DNA of 39,334 bases from Desulfobacterales bacterium (GTDB lineage Bacteria > Desulfobacterota > Desulfobacteria > Desulfobacterales > 4be13): the NCBI GenBank assembly GCA_029934695.1, contig JAOZLU010000003.1, positions 1 to 39,334 of the forward strand, given 5' to 3'. A model generated the notes under the pieces. It saw nothing but the letters and a program-made list of their open reading frames with translations, had not been told where the DNA came from and ran no database searches. Shown piece after piece: positions 33,948 to 39,334 of this stretch. Numbering within the stretch: position 1 is the first letter of the stretch; each line of letters begins with the position of its first letter. Position numbers and translations under genes: made by a program.

Positions 33948-36143
33948 CTATGACATGCAGAGATACATAATTCCCAAGCCTCCTCCTGAAACAACAAAAG
34001 GATAGACAATCCTCGCTGACCACTCAATAAGCCTTACTTTTTTAAAGTCGCCCTTCCTGTAAAGAAGATAGCCTGATACGGATGTAAACAGTGCTATGAC
34101 AGCCAGTATATAGACAGCAAAAAAGGCATATTCGATGACGCATAAATATTCCAGAGGCAATTTTGATGCAAACATTATATGACAATATGCATTTGCGATG
34201 AATACCGCCATAAAGATCGTTACACGAAAGCCGAACCGGTCCGGCCGGATAAAATATATGGCATACAGAACAATTATCATTATGATGACAGGCAAAAAAT
34301 TTCTGAAAGCAAAATTCAGCCCTTTTCTCTCAATCCGGATGGCAGCATTGATCCGGGAATAACTCATCGTATCTTGTAAACCAGAAACCCCGAGCCCCGT
34401 ATTGCTGATGATATCCTGATAAAATGAGGTATCTGTGACAATCCATCCTGTAGCGGCATCAGGCTGTATTGTTACGAGGCTTTTCTTTTCAGCAAGCTCA
34501 GGCGTATTCGACACATCCGTAACAAGAATCAGTTTCTCTCTTGTCAGCCTGGAGTGGCGAAGCTTCACTTTCAGGGTATGCTGCTCAAAGGGATACATCC
34601 GAAAATCAGAATCACTTTTAAAATCAGCGGTAACCCGATATACACGGGTGACAACATTATTTCTCTTTATATCCGAGATGGGCTGACCCAGTGTTATCGG
34701 TTTCACAGCATTTACAAAAATAATCTCCCTACCATCAAAATCTCCTTTGTAGCGGAACCAGAGATAAAAGTCCAAGGTGGCTACAGAATTTTTCACATTT
34801 AAATTTTTTATTTCATTAATATCCATCCCCACATTTATCACACGGGTTTTACGCATTGCCTGTCCGTCAATCTCTATGAGTTCTCCAGCCAGCGATTCCT
34901 CCAGGAGATTATCAATACCTCTGATGTCCGTCAGATGATATTGTGAGAATAGCGGATGGAGTGTCTGATTTTCATAGATTCCCATGGCGGGCGGTCTGAT
35001 GACATCTCCATTTGCATTAAAATAAATGGAGCCAGTCACACCTTTGACAGCATTTTCATAGTCATAAAAACTTGTCAGGGCTCTCCTGACTTTTCTCCTA
35101 TCCTCCCGTATATGCCCTCTTCCCTCAGTTCCAGCTTTTTTAATGGCTTCAACCGCAACATAAGCGGCATCATAAGCGCAGACAGCAGTTACTGAAGGTT
35201 CTTCTCCATATTTTTCTAAAAATTTCTGCCTGAATTTATATGTTTTTTCATTACCGATATCCGCGAGAAAGGGAGAAGCTGCATAAATGGGGACTGAAAG
35301 ATTTTCTTCCAGTGAATATTTTTTGAGATTTTCTGAAAACGCTGTGCCTGAGAGCGAATTTCCGATGACAGGATAATTTATATCCCAATGTTCCAATGTT
35401 GCAATAATTTCTGCAGATTCATAGCTGTACGTTGCCAAAAAGAGTATTCCGACATCTTCCGTTTCTTTCAGTTCTTGTACAATTCGTATGATCTGCTCTT
35501 CCGAATCCCTATCCTTTATTGTTGCGTCAACACCCCATTTCTTTATAATTCTTACACCCAGTTTCCGGGAGGTCTTTTCAAAATTCCCGGCAAGGGGAAT
35601 CCCGTAGTCGTCATTGACGAATATGATGCCTGCCGAGGTCTTTTTTAAAACTTCGCTGCTATAGTTTGCGATAAAATGTGCATAAAGGGCATTATTGGGA
35701 ACGGTTCTGAAATACCACTCATTCCCTGATGTGACGGATTCTGCCGTGGCAAGTGAAGTAATGGCAGGTATGCCGGCCTTCTTATAAATTTTTCCCGCAT
35801 CAATGGATATAGTGCTGTAATAATGCCCGATGACAAGCAACATCTTGCCCTCTTCCGCAACTTGGTGCGCCGCTTTCACGGCGGCGCGTTTGTCGCTCTT
35901 ATCGTCGTAAGTCAGCAGTTTTATTTTCCTGCCCCTGATACCGCCCGCCTTATTTATTTCATCAAGGCACATAAGAATCCCTTCCACACATTCCTCTCCG
36001 CTTAACTTGTTAGGGCCGCTCATCGGGCCCATCATGGCGATATGGATCGCATCTTTGTCAGACGAGGATATCGGGAAGAACAGGAAAATAAAAATCAGAC
36101 CTGTTGCAAGGATTCCCACGGATATTAACAATATTTTTTTCAT
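33948..36143 (-). CDS. PBP1 (LIVBP-type) - pLGIC fusion protein, paralogue A
   Basis: The architecture and motifs match 31655-33856: 'IHIAMMGPMSGPNKLSGEECVEG', 'FRMYPFEQHTLKVKLRHS' and 'RIERKGLNFAFRNFLPVIIMIIVLYAIYFIRP'. M2 has diverged ('RVTIFMAVFIANAYCHIMFASKLP'). I place the start at the ATG at 36141-36143 (MKKILLISVG), by analogy with the paralogue. The ORF extends to 36179. The stop codon is TAG. Confidence 0.8.
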   Translation of the reverse strand: MKKILLISVGILATGLIFIFLFFPISSSDKDAIHIAMMGPMSGPNKLSGEECVEGILMCLDEINKAGGIRGRKIKLLTYDDKSDKRAAVKAAHQVAEEGKMLLVIGHYYSTISIDAGKIYKKAGIPAITSLATAESVTSGNEWYFRTVPNNALYAHFIANYSSEVLKKTSAGIIFVNDDYGIPLAGNFEKTSRKLGVRIIKKWGVDATIKDRDSEEQIIRIVQELKETEDVGILFLATYSYESAEIIATLEHWDINYPVIGNSLSGTAFSENLKKYSLEENLSVPIYAASPFLADIGNEKTYKFRQKFLEKYGEEPSVTAVCAYDAAYVAVEAIKKAGTEGRGHIREDRRKVRRALTSFYDYENAVKGVTGSIYFNANGDVIRPPAMGIYENQTLHPLFSQYHLTDIRGIDNLLEESLAGELIEIDGQAMRKTRVINVGMDINEIKNLNVKNSVATLDFYLWFRYKGDFDGREIIFVNAVKPITLGQPISDIKRNNVVTRVYRVTADFKSDSDFRMYPFEQHTLKVKLRHSRLTREKLILVTDVSNTPELAEKKSLVTIQPDAATGWIVTDTSFYQDIISNTGLGVSGLQDTMSYSRINAAIRIERKGLNFAFRNFLPVIIMIIVLYAIYFIRPDRFGFRVTIFMAVFIANAYCHIMFASKLPLEYLCVIEYAFFAVYILAVIALFTSVSGYLLYRKGDFKKVRLIEWSARIVYPFVVSGGGLGIMYLCMS

Positions 36144-36208
36144 AATGATGAATGATACCCGATTCAGGAAAATGTACATTCCGGGTATTTTATTTTTTTT
36201 GAAATCCC

Positions 36209-39058
36209 TTATTCTGCAAGCCGCCAGTTATGAATATGCTGGCCTCCCATCGCCATGTCGTACCATTCTTTTACCCGGGGCTTTACCAGGCAAGGGGAAG
36301 TTTCAAAATAAATCGGCACAACCACGGCCTCTTCTTCGATCAGAATCTTTTCCGCACGTTTATAGAGTTTCTTCCGTTCCCCTGGGTCCGTGATTTCCCG
36401 AGCCCTGTCTGTCAACTGGGCAAAAATCACATTTTTCCACCCACTTCTGTTGGGAGAAAAATAAGGATGAAAAAGTTTGTAAAGCCAGTTGTCTGCGTCA
36501 GGATAGTCACCGCACTGTTCATATTGGAATATATGAGACATATTCCCCTGGGCAATAAATTTCTCATAGTCAGTTTTTTCTTTTCCATCAAGTTTGACGG
36601 AGATATTCAAATAATGTTTTAAAAAGGTCTGAAACGCTTGGGCAATTTCTGAACGGGCTTCGGATATCTCATACATGAAGGTAATCTCCGGGAATTTCTC
36701 ACCATCAGGATAGCCAGCTTCTGCCAGCCATTTTTTCGCCTGATCAGGATCAAAATTTATGCCCATACCTTCACGGGGAGCGACTGAACCGAAAGCAGGA
36801 GGAGGCGTAAACGTTGTCGCAGGTCTGCCGTATCCTTTCAGTGCTGTTCTGACGAGAAGTTCACGATCAATGGCCGCTGAAATGGCTTTCCGGACAAGCA
36901 GATTATCAACAGGCGGATGCCCGGTATCAAAGGCATAAGCATAAGTGCAGAGTTTCGGAGTGTCTGAATATTCCCTGCTTAACATTGGTTCTGTTTTGAC
37001 ACGGGGAAGTTCTGCCGACGGAAGCGGGAGATAAGCACCTCCCATTATATCCAGTTCGTTATCCTCATACATTGCCAGCCCCACAGAACTTTTCTGTATG
37101 ATATGATAGCGCACCTCTCGGACAGAGATTTTTTCAGCGTCGAAATAACTTGGATTTCTCCGTAGGATCATCCGTCTGTTCTTATCCCAGACAACCAGCA
37201 CATAAGGGCCGTTGGTCTGAATATATTCGGGGTCGGTCCATTTTTCTCCGTATTTTTTGACGAGCTTTTGCGGCAGAGGATAATAAACTGGCAAACCGGC
37301 CATGACAGGAAAATAGGCGACAGGATGTTCAAGCGTAAATTCCACAGTAAAATCATCAGTCGCATGCACACCGAGCAGTTCCAAGGCATCCTCTGTTTGA
37401 AAGGTTTTCATTGTTTTCTCAGCAGTCGGTTCTTTGACAGCATCAATCGTTTCTTCAGTTTCAGCTATCACTTGGGCAATATCTTCGGGTGCCAGTGTTT
37501 CGGTTTGTAAAATTTCTTTTATTTTACCAGTATGTATTGCCTCGGCATTCTTCAGAATGTACAACAGGTCGGCGCGGGGAGATTTTGTCTCCGGGCTGAT
37601 ATTGCGCCGGATGGCCCATACAACATCGTGGGCAGTTACTGGCGAACCATCCGTCCAAACCACATCTTTCCGCAGTTGAAACTGGTAAATCCTGCCGTCT
37701 TCATCAACAGTCCATTTTTCTGCCAGTTCGGGCACCGCTTCATACGTTTTGGGATCAAGATTGGTCAGCCCCAGAAAAAGCTGGCCGACGACCTCAACAG
37801 CATTCCTGTCCAGAGCCAAACCAGGATCAATTGCAGGGATATCTTTCACAGGAAGCCTTAACGTAACGCTTTCTATGAGATCAAACCGGTCTTCCTCCTT
37901 TTTCAAGTGAGCTTCCAGAAATTCAAAGTCTCCGCCTTGCATCTCTTTAAAATGAATTGATTGCCCGATAACATCGCCGTTGGTGTCAAACGAGTAATGT
38001 CCGGGAATCCCGTGCCAGTTCTCAAGGGAGCGCAATACAGTGCTTACGTTGATCGGCACAGAGGAGCCGCTTTTCTCTATGGCATGAGCCAACACCCGGA
38101 TAGCGTCATAAGCCAAGGCTGACGATGCATCAGCAGAAACTCCGAATTCTGCTTTAAAATTTCTGATAAACTTCTGGGTGCGGCCGCTGGATCTTCTCGG
38201 ATCAAAAACAGTGGAAACGATGGTTCCGTCAGCAGCTTTTCCTGCAATAACAGAAAGTTGCGGTGAATCAAGACTGTCGCCTCCCAATATCGGACTGGTT
38301 ACGCCCATGGCTCGCAGTTGTCTGACAATATCACCGGCAGAGGGAAGCTTTCCCCCTAAAAATACAGCATCAAAATCATATTTTTTGACCACATCCGACA
38401 GGAGGAGCGGGATATCATCCTGCCAATCAAAATATGACTTCACGGCAACAATCTCAAGCCCCAGATCATCAGCGCTTTTTGCAAAGATTTCCGCCAGTCG
38501 TCTGCCCGGGGAGTCCCTGTCATAAAGGACCAGTATTTTGTGATATTCTTTGTGATATGCAAACTTGGCCAGTTCCCGTCCGCTTTTCTCACTGGAGGAA
38601 ATATTTCTGAAGGTGAAGATGCCGCCGTACTGCGTCAACGCGGGGTCCATGGCACCCGGGGAAATAAAAATTATCCCATTTCTCTCATAAGTGATGGATG
38701 CGGGAATTGCAGTCTTCCCGTGAAGATGACCCACCACAGCAACCACATCAGGATTTTTAGCCAACTTTTCTGATATCTCCAGCGCTTTTGCAGGTAATCC
38801 TTCGTCATCGTAAAAAATGGGGCTGAGTTTTCTTCCCTGAACACCTCTCTCCTGATTCAATTCTTGTATCGCCATCCTCACGCCTTCAAAAAAAAGGCCC
38901 GGCAAATCAGAGGAGGCAACGATTCCGATAACAATATCTCCTTTTGATTCATCCGAGTCTGCGGCCATTTTCGCCCGTTCAGATACCGGATCGGATTCGC
39001 AGGACAAAACAAACAATACGGAGATGAACAGGATAAAATATTTCTTCAGGGTTTGCAT
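36209..39058 (-). CDS. Lipoprotein fusing a LIVBP-type (type I) binding domain to a family-5 (OppA/DppA-like) solute-binding domain
   Basis: The lipobox is 'ISVLFVLS-C-ESD'. The PBP1 part has 'IVIGIVASSD...INQERGVQGRKLSPIFYDDEG...VVAVVGHLHGKTAIPAS...GIIFISPGA...FTFRN'. The SBP5 part has 'DPGLALDRNAVEVVGQLFLGLTNLD...LAEKWTVDEDGRIYQFQLRKDVVWTDGSPVTAHDVVWA'. I place the start at the ATG at 39056-39058 (MQTLKKYF). A GTG at 39091 is the alternative. Confidence 0.75.
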   Translation of the reverse strand: MQTLKKYFILFISVLFVLSCESDPVSERAKMAADSDESKGDIVIGIVASSDLPGLFFEGVRMAIQELNQERGVQGRKLSPIFYDDEGLPAKALEISEKLAKNPDVVAVVGHLHGKTAIPASITYERNGIIFISPGAMDPALTQYGGIFTFRNISSSEKSGRELAKFAYHKEYHKILVLYDRDSPGRRLAEIFAKSADDLGLEIVAVKSYFDWQDDIPLLLSDVVKKYDFDAVFLGGKLPSAGDIVRQLRAMGVTSPILGGDSLDSPQLSVIAGKAADGTIVSTVFDPRRSSGRTQKFIRNFKAEFGVSADASSALAYDAIRVLAHAIEKSGSSVPINVSTVLRSLENWHGIPGHYSFDTNGDVIGQSIHFKEMQGGDFEFLEAHLKKEEDRFDLIESVTLRLPVKDIPAIDPGLALDRNAVEVVGQLFLGLTNLDPKTYEAVPELAEKWTVDEDGRIYQFQLRKDVVWTDGSPVTAHDVVWAIRRNISPETKSPRADLLYILKNAEAIHTGKIKEILQTETLAPEDIAQVIAETEETIDAVKEPTAEKTMKTFQTEDALELLGVHATDDFTVEFTLEHPVAYFPVMAGLPVYYPLPQKLVKKYGEKWTDPEYIQTNGPYVLVVWDKNRRMILRRNPSYFDAEKISVREVRYHIIQKSSVGLAMYEDNELDIMGGAYLPLPSAELPRVKTEPMLSREYSDTPKLCTYAYAFDTGHPPVDNLLVRKAISAAIDRELLVRTALKGYGRPATTFTPPPAFGSVAPREGMGINFDPDQAKKWLAEAGYPDGEKFPEITFMYEISEARSEIAQAFQTFLKHYLNISVKLDGKEKTDYEKFIAQGNMSHIFQYEQCGDYPDADNWLYKLFHPYFSPNRSGWKNVIFAQLTDRAREITDPGERKKLYKRAEKILIEEEAVVVPIYFETSPCLVKPRVKEWYDMAMGGQHIHNWRLAE

Positions 39059-39152
39059 AATTTTGGGGTTGTCAGAGTATTGAATAAGCACGTTATTTTT
39101 TCTCCGGACTCTCCGGATTCTGTCGGACGGAGTTTGCCCTGCCGGACCCTGC

Positions 39153-39334
39153 CGGACGGGGTTTGCAACCCCGTCCGCAATGTTTTGTCAATCCCGGCAA
39201 CAAATGTTTCGGACGGGTTGCAAACCCCGTCCGGCAAAGCCGACAAGTGCCCCGTCCGGCAAGTGAAAAATGTTTCGGACGGGGTTGCAAACCCCGTCTG
39301 GCAAGTGAAAAATGTTTCGGACGGGGTTGCAAAC
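39153..39334. repeat. Array of palindromic repeats. The last copies form an exact 42-bp tandem repeat that runs off the window.
   Basis: There are four stem-loops of the form cggacgggg-ttgcaaa-ccccgtccg, at 39153-39177, 39210-39233, 39276-39300 and 39318 onward. The unit 'ggcaagtgaaaaatgtttcggacggggttgcaaaccccgtct' runs from 39258 to 39299 and repeats from 39300. Confidence 0.85.

Noticed and set aside
39121-39334. A possible CRISPR array, given the regularly spaced palindromic repeats
   Set aside because: The repeats are contiguous (42-bp period with about 25 nt of palindrome), which leaves no 25-40 nt unique spacers. The 'spacer' sequence is itself repeated exactly. No cas genes are nearby.

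Overview
This 39.3 kb bacterial window is probably from a Desulfobacterales-like sulfate reducer, though that is a guess from gene content. It falls into three blocks.

(A) 838-20552 is an AT-rich catabolic island for methylated amines.
- It holds a previously unmarked tRNA-Pyl gene (pylT, anticodon CUA).
- Next to pylT is a trimethylamine methyltransferase gene (mttB). The ORF track splits it in two, but it is one 495-codon gene with an in-frame TAG at the canonical pyrrolysine position.
- The island also carries a non-Pyl MttB paralogue (Leu at the Pyl position), a Dpp/Opp-type ABC importer, and a sensor kinase plus sigma-54 (NtrC-type) response regulator.
- There are two matching sigma-54 promoters that share an upstream motif.
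- A divergent operon encodes a corrinoid protein, a HisD-family dehydrogenase, a DegT-type aminotransferase, a decayed RidA remnant, a D-cysteine-desulfhydrase/CuyA-family lyase and an Asp/Glu-type racemase.
- The island is bounded on both sides by gene wreckage: a frameshifted IlvD/Edd pseudogene on the left, and DUF2807 and PilJ-domain fragments on the right.
- A MITE-like element with 'CTGATTATAACGGATGC' terminal inverted repeats is scattered through it.

(B) 20.7-31.6 kb is more GC-rich. It holds a TonB-dependent receptor with two periplasmic-binding-like proteins and a 1856-aa thioester (CVEQ) alpha-2-macroglobulin.

(C) 31.6-39.1 kb holds two tandem paralogues in which a LIVBP-type periplasmic binding domain is fused to a pentameric ligand-gated ion channel (pLGIC/Cys-loop family). 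They are preceded by a lipoprotein that fuses a LIVBP-type domain to a family-5 (OppA-like) binding domain.

The window ends in a tandem palindromic repeat array. No pylSBCD, MT2 methyltransferase or RamA-type activase lies in the window. All family assignments come from motif recognition by eye, not from searches.
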